In this document: positions 19,083 to 29,611 of the stretch, piece after piece
Numbering within the stretch: the stretch's first letter is position 1
Layout of the letters: each line of letters opens with the position of its first letter
Source: Alphaproteobacteria bacterium
GTDB taxonomy: Bacteria > Pseudomonadota > Alphaproteobacteria > Bin95
Length of the DNA: 64,000 nucleotides
Direction: 5' to 3'
NCBI GenBank assembly: GCA_964291285.2
Contig: OZ219788.1
Coordinates: forward strand, 224,001 to 288,000
The notes under the pieces: generated by a model
What the model was told of the DNA's origin: nothing
Databases searched by the model: none
The model's input: the letters and a program-made list of their open reading frames with translations, nothing else
Program-made: the position numbers and the translations under genes

Positions 19083-19842
19083 GGCCTTGGTGGCTGTCGA
19101 CAAGGTGCCCGGCCACGAAGCGCACAATGTGATTATCGACGTGGCCGAGCCGCTGGCGCAGACCGCTGCCGACGCGCGCATGATAAAGGTCGCCGACGAT
19201 TTCTTACGTGGCCGTGGCGCAATGCCCCTGCAATCCGTGGCGAATACGATCTTCCCGGAGGGTCTATACCGGCGGCACGGCGCGCCTGCTCTCTATCACG
19301 TGTATGGACAGGTTTACCAGCAGGTAAAGAAGAAGCAAGGCGATTGGGGCCGGTATTTTGAACGGATGATTCGCCGCCCGACTACAAACGGCAAGAACAT
19401 CAATCCTCTCGCCGACATGATTGCGAAAATGACGCAGCATGTTCACGGTGGCGGCAAAACGTTCCGCAACATATACGAGTTGACCGTTTCCGATCCAGCT
19501 CTCGATGTGCCCATCTATGATCCCGAACGTGATGCCGGGCCGGTGATGAACCGACAGTGCATGAGCTTCCTGAGCTTCAAGCTTGATCATGAAAACCGCA
19601 TGATGCTGACCGCCTTGTACCGGAACCACTATTACATCGAACGGCTGTTCGGCAATCTGATTGGCCTCGCTCGGCTGATGGCTTTCGTTGGGCGCGAGGC
19701 CAATGTGCCGGTTGGTCCGCTGACCGTCATCTCCACCCACGCCGAAATCGACACGCGGCGCGGCTGGAAACGCCACGATATCAAAGAGCTAATCGCTGCG
19801 TGTCGGGAAGCCACAGCTCAAAAGGTGAGCGTCGTCGCGTAG
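19033..19842 (+). CDS. Divergent thymidylate-synthase-like protein
   Basis: QCMSFLSF...LTALYRNH...FGNLIGLARL...VGPLTVISTHA follows the TS C-terminal core (Cys, R, N, H). Confidence 0.7.
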   Translation: MYLPIPTQPTCATAWLEALVAVDKVPGHEAHNVIIDVAEPLAQTAADARMIKVADDFLRGRGAMPLQSVANTIFPEGLYRRHGAPALYHVYGQVYQQVKKKQGDWGRYFERMIRRPTTNGKNINPLADMIAKMTQHVHGGGKTFRNIYELTVSDPALDVPIYDPERDAGPVMNRQCMSFLSFKLDHENRMMLTALYRNHYYIERLFGNLIGLARLMAFVGREANVPVGPLTVISTHAEIDTRRGWKRHDIKELIAACREATAQKVSVVA

Positions 19843-19846
19843 GCGA

Positions 19847-20497
19847 TTACCTGCCTGCGCTGGCGGTGCAACGTACGCCGTAGAGGTCGCACATGCTGTG
19901 AATGAACTCCTTCTGTCCACCATAACTCGGATGCCGCACGGCGGTCGACGCAAGATCAAGGTGGGAGAGCGCTTGCTGCGCATCGCGGCCTATGGCGACG
20001 AGGCGCCGGGGCCGGAGCATCTGCATCAGGGTCAACAAAAGATCGCGGAACACGTCCCTCTCCGCGCGCGTATGACGGCGATTGGAAAGGGGCTCGCCAG
20101 TCTCGAAGGGATGAAGCGGGAACACGTTCCACAGGAAGATTGGCCTGTCGATTTGGGTGAGCACCTTCCAGACGATGGCCGCCGTACGCTCGGCCATTGG
20201 TGGCCCTTTCGTCGCGCGTGAGATCGACACACCGTAAATCTCTCTGAATGTCTGCAGGTGAATATCGTCCGTGAGCGGCAACCCGGTCCGGCGTCCGCCA
20301 CGATAACCCAGATCGCGCGCAAGCCAAATTGAGTCCACTTCTTCATCCGCAATAGCTTCAAGAAAAGCGCACAAATTGGCGTGCCGCCTTTTCGGAGCGT
20401 CAGCGCGATCATGGACCGGACAAACATCGCTGTACGGATTAAAAACAGCGTCGAGATGGACGCCGCTCAAGGCCTCGACAAGGGCGGACGGTTTCAT
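19847..20497 (-). CDS. Uracil-DNA-glycosylase superfamily protein
   Basis: VFNPY, GYRGGRRTGLPLTD, WNVFPLHP, VAIGR, VRHPSYGG. Confidence 0.85.
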   Translation of the reverse strand: MKPSALVEALSGVHLDAVFNPYSDVCPVHDRADAPKRRHANLCAFLEAIADEEVDSIWLARDLGYRGGRRTGLPLTDDIHLQTFREIYGVSISRATKGPPMAERTAAIVWKVLTQIDRPIFLWNVFPLHPFETGEPLSNRRHTRAERDVFRDLLLTLMQMLRPRRLVAIGRDAQQALSHLDLASTAVRHPSYGGQKEFIHSMCDLYGVRCTASAGR

Positions 20498-21729
20498 GCG
20501 GGCAACCTCTCAAAGGTTATGGTTCGTTCATTCAGATCGGCGATAACACTACCGCGTCTGTGCTCGCGTAGCGCACGAAACACTTCATAGCCGCTCAGGA
20601 TTGCCTCTTCCCATAGCCAGAGCGGGCAGCGCTCCGGTTCATATCCGGTGACGAGCGCCCGCGCATTTTTGAGAAGGCCGTAATCGACACCGCTTAAATT
20701 CTCGAAAAAATTCACCTGCGTAGCGTGATTGAATATCCAGGTCGCAACACCTTCCTCAATCAGTATGGCGCGAGCTCCGTCCTCGGCCTCATCGATCTCG
20801 GGACGGCTTTTGCGCTTGACCCGAAAGAGCGCCCGCATGACCGGGGACCACCCCAGTTTGGCCGCGTAAGCAAGATGGAAAACATCATGGAAGCAATAAT
20901 CGTCTTTTTCCAGCTTGTTGTCGGTAAGCCGGTCACCGACATTGATGCCATTGCAGCGCAGAAAAACATACATCTTTTTTTTCACCGTCTTCTCGAAAAT
21001 CTGCATCTCGATACGCCGCGGAATCTGCTCCCCGGAATCGTATTCGTCGTCGAAGAGCGGCGGATAGATGCACTTCAGTGGCCAGCGGTCGTAAATCTTG
21101 GAGAGATTGCGATGCGCGGCTTCGCCCAAGCTGACGCCGACGTTGTTAGCAGCTTTTATAATAGTACGGAATACAGCTTCCATGTGGTCCGAAAGGCCAC
21201 CGGACCCGTCCGCGATTTGACTTGCCGAAAAATCGGCGATCAGTTTGCCAACCTCGCCGGCCAAACGTATGAGCGTTGTCTCGAACACGGCTTCGGCGTC
21301 CGGTCCTGAGACCGACAACGTTGGCTGAAGCATTGAAAAGGTGATGTCTGGCACGCTATCGTTGGAACCGCCGTCACTGATGCGGCTGGCGAGCACTGGA
21401 AGCGTGATCTGTGCCCGGCTGGCCAAGCGGGAGAAATACCAAAGGACGTCCCCCAACTCTTCGATGACTGACTGCTGGTAACCGAAATAAGAATCGGAAT
21501 CGCGCTGCTTCTTCTTAAGTTCAGACAGCAGGCTTCCTGCCTCGCCAAACAGACCTAGCAGAGGGAAAGAAATTCCCTCGGGCATCCGGTCTGTACCGCA
21601 GGACAGGGTTTGATATTGCGCGAGAGTGAGTTCGCAATAGGGAGCTCTCAGAACTGCCTCAAGCGCACCTGACATTTTGTCGCGGTGCTCCGCAGAGTTC
21701 TTGCTCTCGCCGAAACGGAGGTTCGCCAT
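20494..21729 (-). CDS. MazG-like nucleotide pyrophosphohydrolase with degenerate second MazG repeat and MazG C-terminal-type domain
   Basis: GLFGEAGSLLSELKK...EELGDVLWY; C-terminal GDRLTDN...FHDVFH...LGWSPV.R...DEAEDGARA..IEEG. Confidence 0.85.
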   Translation of the reverse strand: MANLRFGESKNSAEHRDKMSGALEAVLRAPYCELTLAQYQTLSCGTDRMPEGISFPLLGLFGEAGSLLSELKKKQRDSDSYFGYQQSVIEELGDVLWYFSRLASRAQITLPVLASRISDGGSNDSVPDITFSMLQPTLSVSGPDAEAVFETTLIRLAGEVGKLIADFSASQIADGSGGLSDHMEAVFRTIIKAANNVGVSLGEAAHRNLSKIYDRWPLKCIYPPLFDDEYDSGEQIPRRIEMQIFEKTVKKKMYVFLRCNGINVGDRLTDNKLEKDDYCFHDVFHLAYAAKLGWSPVMRALFRVKRKSRPEIDEAEDGARAILIEEGVATWIFNHATQVNFFENLSGVDYGLLKNARALVTGYEPERCPLWLWEEAILSGYEVFRALREHRRGSVIADLNERTITFERLPA

Positions 21730-21829
21730 CAAATCCTCACATCCTACCGCAACTGGGGGAAGGGCCGATGATGACCCCTCCTGCCCGGCCTCGTCGCAGT
21801 GGGCATTCCAACACGCCGTGCACGCTCGC

Positions 21830-22723
21830 CTACTCTCGTCTGGCACCGAAACCACCGACGATGCCGCGTTTCTCGAAGGCGCCCGCGGCTTCGGCATGGT
21901 TCGGGCCGTGGAAGCCGCCCCGGATGATATCCCCCGAGGCTCCGGAACCGAATGTGCCGTCCGCGCCGACCGGAACGTCGTCGAAGCTGACGGCGTCGAC
22001 GGGCCAGGCATTGCCGTTCGCATTATCCCGGATGTTGCCGATCGCCACGTCGATCGTGCCGGCCGCAGCGCTCCAGGAGAGAGTCGCGTCCCCGGCCAGG
22101 CGGGTTCCGGCCGCGGCTTCCTCGACTGCCGTCCCGACCATCCGCCCGGTCCATGTCGCGCTGGCCGGCGGTCGCGACCCTGTCAGGTCTCTGCCCGCAA
22201 ACCCGAAGCGCGTCATCGGCTGCCCGGGTTCTTCGGCCACGCCGAACACGCTGTGCGTCATCCAGTAGCCGTAGGTTCTCCGGTCGCCGGACCGGTATTG
22301 GAAGTCGGTTGCACCGTTGCGGGCGGCGCCCCTGGCGACGCCTGAAATATCCGCAGGGAACAGGTCGGAGATCGTCCGGGCCGGGGGCGCACCCTCACCG
22401 GTCCACAGGCAGCGGGCCCGGGCGCATGTGGCCGTCGCGACAGGACTGCTTCCGGCATGGGCGCCGGTCGCGACGAGGGTATCCGCGCGCCGGGCGAAGT
22501 CCCGGGCACGCGCCTTTTGCTCCTCCGGACCCTCCGACCCGGACGGATCGACGCCGACTACCTCCCTGGCGACATGATCGCCGAAGTCGCCGCCCAATTT
22601 CTTGAAATCGGAACCGGAGCAGGCGCCCAAAGTCAGCAGGAGGGCTGCCGCAACAGCCCCGGAAGGACCGGATATTCGGGCCTTCCGCCGGCAAAACAGG
22701 TATGGCGATCCGGTGCTGCACAT
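21830..22723 (-). CDS. Surface lipoprotein with TbpB-like C-terminal beta-barrel
   Basis: Lipobox LGAC; ATWTGRMVG...GGFHGPNHAEAAGAF...GGFGARR terminus. Confidence 0.7.
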   Translation of the reverse strand: MCSTGSPYLFCRRKARISGPSGAVAAALLLTLGACSGSDFKKLGGDFGDHVAREVVGVDPSGSEGPEEQKARARDFARRADTLVATGAHAGSSPVATATCARARCLWTGEGAPPARTISDLFPADISGVARGAARNGATDFQYRSGDRRTYGYWMTHSVFGVAEEPGQPMTRFGFAGRDLTGSRPPASATWTGRMVGTAVEEAAAGTRLAGDATLSWSAAAGTIDVAIGNIRDNANGNAWPVDAVSFDDVPVGADGTFGSGASGDIIRGGFHGPNHAEAAGAFEKRGIVGGFGARRE

Positions 22724-22823
22724 GCTGTGGCTCCTCCCTGTCCGTATCACGGAAGCAGCGCGTTGTGGGCAAATGCCCGATGTGCCGGGATAGCGCCGAC
22801 CCACCTCGCGATCCGCCTGGCGG

Positions 22824-25800
22824 TCACGGTCGCTCTCCGACCGACTGTTCCCGCAGTTCCGCAAACGGACAGGGAAGGCCCGCAATGATGGCAACGGTCT
22901 CCACGCTGACCTGCACGATGCGGCACAACGCCGGGATGAGGTCACGCGGGTCGTCGAACCAGCCGTTGGGGTCATTGACGATGCCGCTCTGCCGGTCGCG
23001 GACGATACGGTAACGGTCGATCAGCCATTCGAGCGGGGTGCGCCCGTTTACCCGATACTCGTGTGCTTGCGGGGGGATGCCCGACAGGCGGACCAGGTCG
23101 TTGACGATGAGAACGGTCCGGTCCGCGTCGGCAAAGCGCATGGCGCGCTGGCCGAGCCGGAATTGCGTCGGCGCAGGCTCGCCTTTCCCGGCATAGTCGA
23201 GCCGCAGCGGATATTCCTCGCAGGTCTCGTAGCCGAGATGCAGCGCCGCGAGGCGGCGGCCGGCCTCGGCGAAGGCATGGAAATCGCCGGCGAGCGGAAT
23301 GCGCGGCAACTCCTTCGTCAGGTCGTTGGCGAAACGCTCCCGGTATGAGGGCGCATGCAGGACGCCATAGACATAGTCGAAGATCGCGTCCTTCGTTATC
23401 GTGCTGTCGCCGTAGCGCACCCGGAAGGCGCGCAACGCGGTGTCGGCAATGTTGTCGATGCACGTCGGCGGCGGTCCCATGCCGGGCAGGCTCTGCTGGT
23501 CGTCGTGGCGCTCATAGCGGTATCGCGGGAAGCACTGGCCGAAAGCGACCAGATGGAGGTCCGGCATCGTATCGACGACCAGTGCGGAGAACGGCTTGGT
23601 CGAGCCGACCCCCGGGACGCAGATCGCGCGGTTCCCGGTCTCGGCGGTGGGGAAGATGCTGTCCTGCTGGTACTTGTTGTTGACCAGGACATAATCGACA
23701 TAACAGTGCTGCTTGATGAATGGTCGGTATTGCGTCTCCCAGACATTACCTTGCGAATAAGCGACCTCCTTACGTCGCCGGAGGTTGTTTTTGAGTTCCC
23801 GATCCCATCGAACACCTGCCGAATGGCGATTCGCGATCTGCTCCACGGTTTTATCGGGATCGTCGTTTTTCTTGAGGCGTGTGCGCTGTTTGGAAGTGCT
23901 TTCTGAGCAAGGCATTGCGGAGGGTCTGGATTTTTCTTACCCCGTCAGGATGGCTGATTTCCGGGGTTTTTGCGGTTTGAAGGGAAAGGTTTTGTGGATT
24001 TCCACCCCATGGCCGTGCGCGGGCTGGTTTTCGGGCGCGTCGCGTTGAGGCGCGGGACTGAGTAGAAGGTGTCGCCATCGGGCCTGCGGCCCTTGTTCCA
24101 TCCACCGGCGCTGGTTGGGAGAACGTGATGGCGACAGCGGAGAAGTTAGCCTTTTCGTGGTGGTCTGTGGAGGGCCTTGCGGACCTTGAGCGTCTGCGTG
24201 TGGTGCTCGACACGCTTCCCGACGAGAAGGTTGTGGCTGCGCTTGAGGCGGGTCGAGGCCGGGGTCGCAACGACTACCCGGTGCGGGCGATGTGGCGGGC
24301 TCTGATCGCGGGGATCGTGTTCCAGCATGCCTCGATGCAGTCGCTGCTGCGTGAGCTGGGCCGCAACCCGGCATTGCTTGAGATTTGCGGGTTCGAGGCG
24401 CTGCCCTTGCAGGGTGCGCCGGTGGTGGCGCTTTGCGCAGGGCGCGCGGTGAGGCGTCCGGCGCCGTTGCGCTCGACGGTGCCGGGCGCCTGGAACTTCT
24501 CGCGGTTCCTGGGGCGCGTGGTGCGCCTTGAGGACGAGCGCGGCCTTGTGTCGGGGATGATCGGGCGTCTGCGCGCCTCGCTGTTCGAGGAGTTGCCGGA
24601 CTTCGGTCGCCATCTCGGCTACGACGGCAAGGCGGTGGCGAGCCACTCGACGGGCCGGGTTGCCGGGGCCAGGGGGCAGACCTCGGACCCCGATGCGGAC
24701 TGGGGCAGGCACGAGACGGGCGGGGTGAACGCGAAGACCGGCGCGGTGTGGAAGAAGGTGAAGTCGTGGTTCGGCTACGGGCTGCACCTGATCGCCGACA
24801 CGGACCACGAGGTTCCTGTGGCCTTCGAGGTGACGCGGGCGTCGGCATCGGAACCCGGGGTGCTGTCCGGGATGCTGGAGGAGTTGTTCGCCGAGGCGCC
24901 GGAGATGGCCGGGCGCTGCGCCGATTTCAGCGCCGACCGCGGTCTCGACAACGCCCGCCTGAAGGCGCGGTTGTGGGACAGGTGGCATATCCGCCCGCTG
25001 ATCGACACGCGCCTGATGTGGCGGGTCGAGAAGAAGGAGCCGGGCCATGACCCGGCCCGGCCGATCACGCGACCGCTGTTCCCCGGGCGCGCCGACGTCA
25101 TCGTTCATGACGAACGCGGCCGGGTGTCCTGCGTGTGCCCGCAGACCGGCGAGGTCCGCGCCATGGCCTTCCAGGGGTTCGAGGTCGGGCGCGGCGTCTG
25201 CGGCACGCTCAAATACCGCTGCCCCGCAGCCGCCTTCGGCTTCGAGTGCAAGGGACGCCGGGCCTGCCATCGGGCGGGTGGGGTGAAGTCCGGCGAATAC
25301 GGCCGCATCCTGCGCGTCGACCTCGACAGCCATGACCGGCGTATCTTCACGCCCACGCCCTGGGGCAGCCCGTCATGGCGGCGCGGATACAACCGGCGCA
25401 CCGCCATGGAGCGGATCAACGCCCGCCTCGACCGCAGCTTCAACTTCGAGACCCATTACATCCGCGGACGCGCGAAGATGAAGACCCGCATCGGGCTGGC
25501 CCTGGCGGTCATGATGGCCATGGCGCTTGCACAGGCCCGCGCCGGACGCGTCGCACGCATGCGCTCCCTGGTCGGCCCGGCGCCATACCTCGATACCGGC
25601 TGACCCCTCAGCCGACTGCCGACAACGCTGACCCAACCCGCCGGACCCCGGCATACGGACAAACGCGACCGAAGGCCGGCGATGCTGCCGGGCTGGGCCG
25701 CTCAAGTTCGAAAAGCAACCGCGGCGACCGCCTCGAACGCCGGAACAAACAACATCAACACCCGGACCCAACGTCCCATCCGACCGGAAAAACCCCACAG

Positions 25801-28800
25801 CGCAAATTTCTCTTCTTGAAATCGCGCAGCGCCGCCTGATAGTCTTCCACCATCCGCCGCGCGTTCTCCGCACAAGCGTCGCGGGAGAAACTGTAAATGT
25901 AGGCGTCCCGGCTGGTCGCCAACCCCCTCGAATACAGCCGGAACACCGCCTCGTCCGTTCTGCCCGCCTTCGCCGTCTTCGATCCCAGGGGATAGAGCGC
26001 CCGGAACGCCTCGTTACGCTGGCCGATCCAGTCGTGGTGCCGGTCGGGGGCGGTCTCCTCCCAGTCCGTGACGCCGGCGATCGACCCCCACTCGCGCAAC
26101 AGCCCCAACTTGTCCTCGCGGGAGAGATAATCGCCGATGTCGCGGTAGAGGATGCGGCAGCCGTCATGCTGCGCGTCCGGATTCTTCGCGAGGACGGCGA
26201 TCGCGACCGGCGCCCGGGACCCTTGGCCGAAGGCGTTATCGCCTTCCGAGCGGCGGCGTTCCCCCGATGTCCGGGCATTACCCCGCAGGTTCACCACATG
26301 GATCGACGAGAACTCCTCCGCCAGGCAGGCGCGGACGCCGGAGTCGACATTGCCGTCGATCCAGGAACCGTTGGTCACGAAGGCCACGACGCCCCGGTCG
26401 CCGATGCGGTCCGAGGCCCAGCGGATTGCCATCTTGTATGTATCGTAGAGACTGTTCTTCAGCGTTGCCGTGGAGCGGGCGGCATAGGTCTCGGCGACGC
26501 GCTGCTCGATTTCCGGATAGCTCACATTCGGGTTGTCATCGGCCGAACTCCGCTGTCCCGCGGACCAGGGCGGGTTGCCGACGATGACCTGGATGGGCAG
26601 TTGCTGCTGGCGTTCGGCGCGTTCGCTGTTGCCGGGCAGCCAGTCCTTCGGGAAGCCCGAGCGCCCGGTATGCAGGTTGAAGGTGTCGGTGAGCACGATG
26701 CCGCCGAAGGGTTCATACTCTTCATTGTCGCCGACCCGGCCGTGGAACGCCTCCTCGATATGGATGGCGGCGATGTAGTAGGCGAGCAGGACAAGCTCGT
26801 TGGCGTGCAACTCCTCCCGGTACTTGCGCCCGAGGTCGGCATCGCGAAGCAGCGCCGACTGCAACAGCCGGACCAGGAAGATGCCCGTCCCGGTAAAGGG
26901 GTCGAGGATGTGGACACCCTTGTCGCTCAGGCCCCGGCCGAACTCCTCGCGCGCCACATGGTCGGCGCTTGCGAGGATGAAGTCCACGATCTCGACCGGC
27001 GTGTAGACGATGCCAAGCCGGTCCGCTTCCTTCTTCATCGCCGTCGCGAAGAACTTCTCGTAGAGTTCCATCAGCACGCGCTGGCGGGCTTCCGGGTTGT
27101 CGAGCCCGCGCGCCCGCAGCCTTACGCTTTCGTAGAAGCGGTCCAGGTCACGGGTTTCGTTTTCCAGCCCGAATTCGCCGAAGTCGCGCCGCAGCGCATC
27201 CAGCGCCCGGGCGACCGGGTTGCCGCCAGCGAAGTCGTAACCCTCGAACAGCGCCTCGAACACCGGACGAGTCAGGATGTGCTGCGCCATCATGTCGATG
27301 GCGCTCTCGGTCGTGATCGATTCGTTGATAGAGACCTTCAACTCTTCGTGGAACGCCTCGAACCACTCGCTCAGGGTCTCGTTGCCGGGGTCGGCAAGCA
27401 GGCCGCCGATGCGCGTCACGAGGCGTGAGAAGATATCCGCGACATCCTTGGCCCAGCTTTCCCAGTATCTGCGGTCGCCGCATTTCTCGACGATCTTCGC
27501 GTAGATTGCGCCGGGTGGCAGATCGAGAGGGGGGAACGCAAGCTCGGGCGAGTCGGGGATGACCTCCCCGTTGACGCCATCCCGGCTGAAGATGATCCGA
27601 TCCGTCGGCCGGTCGTTCAGATCGATCTGGTTAATCTCGGCGTCGAAACGGTCGTCGTGCGAGCGCAGGGCGCGCAGGACGCTCCAGACGACATCGAACT
27701 CCTTGCCGCTGTCGAGCACCAGGACCGGATCGCGCCCCTCCGGCACCGCGATCGGGAGCACGATATAGCCGTAGGTCTTGCCTTCGGCCTTGCGCATGGC
27801 GCGGCCCACGGCCTGGACAATGTCGACAGTGCTCCGGCGCTCGGTCATGAAGATCACCGCGTCGAGCGCCGGCACGTCGATCCCTTCCGACAGGCACCGG
27901 GCGTTCGAGAGGATGCGGCAGCCGCCCTCTGTCGTCCCTTTCAGCCATTCGAGACACGCCTTGCGTTCAAGGGCGTGATGCTGTCCGTCCACATGCCGCG
28001 TCTCGCACCGGAGCGCCGCGCGCCGTTCAGCTTCCGGCAATAGTGCGGCGGCCTGCTCGACGAGACCGCTCCAGTGCTGAGCCAGAAGTTGCGACGACCT
28101 GATCCGGTCGGTAAACGCGATCGCGCGGCGAAGCGGCCGGCCGGGACCGTCTTCCGGCCGCCGGTTTTCCGGATCCTGCAGGACCCGCCAGCAGCCGACG
28201 ATCCGGGCGACGTCGCTCAGGTTGACCGCGCCGTCCGACGAGGCGAGGTGGGCCTGCAACGCCCTGTCCACATGGCTCTCCGACAGGGCGAAAATGGCGA
28301 CCCTGTAGTCCGACAGCAGACCCTGCTCGATGGCCCGGGAGAACGGGAGGCGGTGGAACTCCGGCCCGTAGGTCGCCTCGTCGTCCATCGAGAAGACGTC
28401 GACGCCATGGCTTGCGGCTTTCGTCTTCGCCCCTTCGGTATAGAGCCTCGGCGTTGCCGTCATGTAGAGGCGCCGCGCGGCCCGGATACGACCGGCGTCG
28501 TGCACGAGGACGAAGGGCGAGGTCTTGTCGCCGGGGCGCTCGATCCCCGTCGTCCGGTGCGCCTCGTCGCAGAGGACCAGATCGAACGGCGGAGCACCTT
28601 CGTCCTGCGCCTGCGCGACGAGGCCGATCGAATGGTAGGTGCAGAACACCGCGGTCATCGCATCCGGCGACGCAAGTTGCAATGCCTGGCCGATGGCGCC
28701 CGGATCGGTGGTCACGGGGATTTCCAGCTCCAGGAACGAGGCGTCCTCGTCGGCGCGCCCCGCGCGGGTATCCGAGCAGATGCCGACATAGCGGTGCGCC

Positions 28801-29528
28801 AGTTCGCGCTGCTCCGCCCATTCGCGCATCGACTGCTGGAACAGGGAGATCGAGGGAACGAGATAGAGCACCCGGCCACCCTCGCCAACGATCGCTTCGG
28901 CGATGCGCAGCGCCGCGAAGGTCTTGCCGGTGCCGCATGCCATGACCAGCTTGCCGCGCTCGCCGTCCGCGAATCCCTCCAGCACGTCGTCCAATGCACG
29001 CTTCTGGTGCGGCCGCAGGCTGAACGGCGCGTGGCGGAAGGACAGGTCTTCGGGCGTCCCGCGAACCAGGTCCGGCCAGTCGAAGGGGCGGCTTGCAAGG
29101 TCGCCGAACCGGAGGACCTGACAGGCCGGCTTCAGCCCGACGACCCTCTTGACCGCGTTTGTACCCCATTTGTCTCCGGTGTCCACGAAGATTCGCGCCG
29201 TGAACGGTTCGCGCGCAGACGCGGCGATGAAGGAGTCGAGTGCGGCGTTCGAAATCCTCGTTCCTGGTGCGTAACACTTGCACTGGATGGCGCAAAAGCC
29301 GCCGTCCCGCTCCTCGGCGACCAGGTCGATGCCGGTGTCGGCACCGTCGAAACCATGCCGCGAGGCGGCCCAGTCGGACCACAGCCGCACCTGCCCGAAC
29401 CGGTCCCGGTAGAGCGGATCCTGCGCGAAATACGCCTTCATCAGCCGCTCGAACAAGCGGCCCTTTTCTGCCTCCGTTCCCGCAACCGACCGGATGTGGT
29501 CAAGTGCCCGCTGGAAACCGTCGTTCAT
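22824..29528 (-). pseudogene. Type ISP (LlaBIII-like) restriction-modification enzyme split by an IS insertion
   Basis: Mrr-like GIDLV...IQCK, ACGTGKT, DEAH, DPFTGTG, GNPPW, C-terminal TRD; removing 23874-25812 plus one TTCTT restores LRDFKKNDDPDK in frame (about 1586 aa). Confidence 0.92.
23874..25812 (+). mobile_element. IS1182-like DDE insertion sequence, copy 1 (transposase 24125-25603)
   Basis: 1939 bp; imperfect TIR GAG..TGCGCTGT / ACAGCGCA..CTC; TTCTT on both flanks; ADRGLD, YNRRTAMERIN. Confidence 0.85.
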
Positions 29529-29611
29529 GTTCGCAGCGTCCCTCGACTGTTACAACCGCGGATGATCTTCGTGCAGCCCGTCACCGGATTCCACGTTGTG
29601 TCGATCCACTC

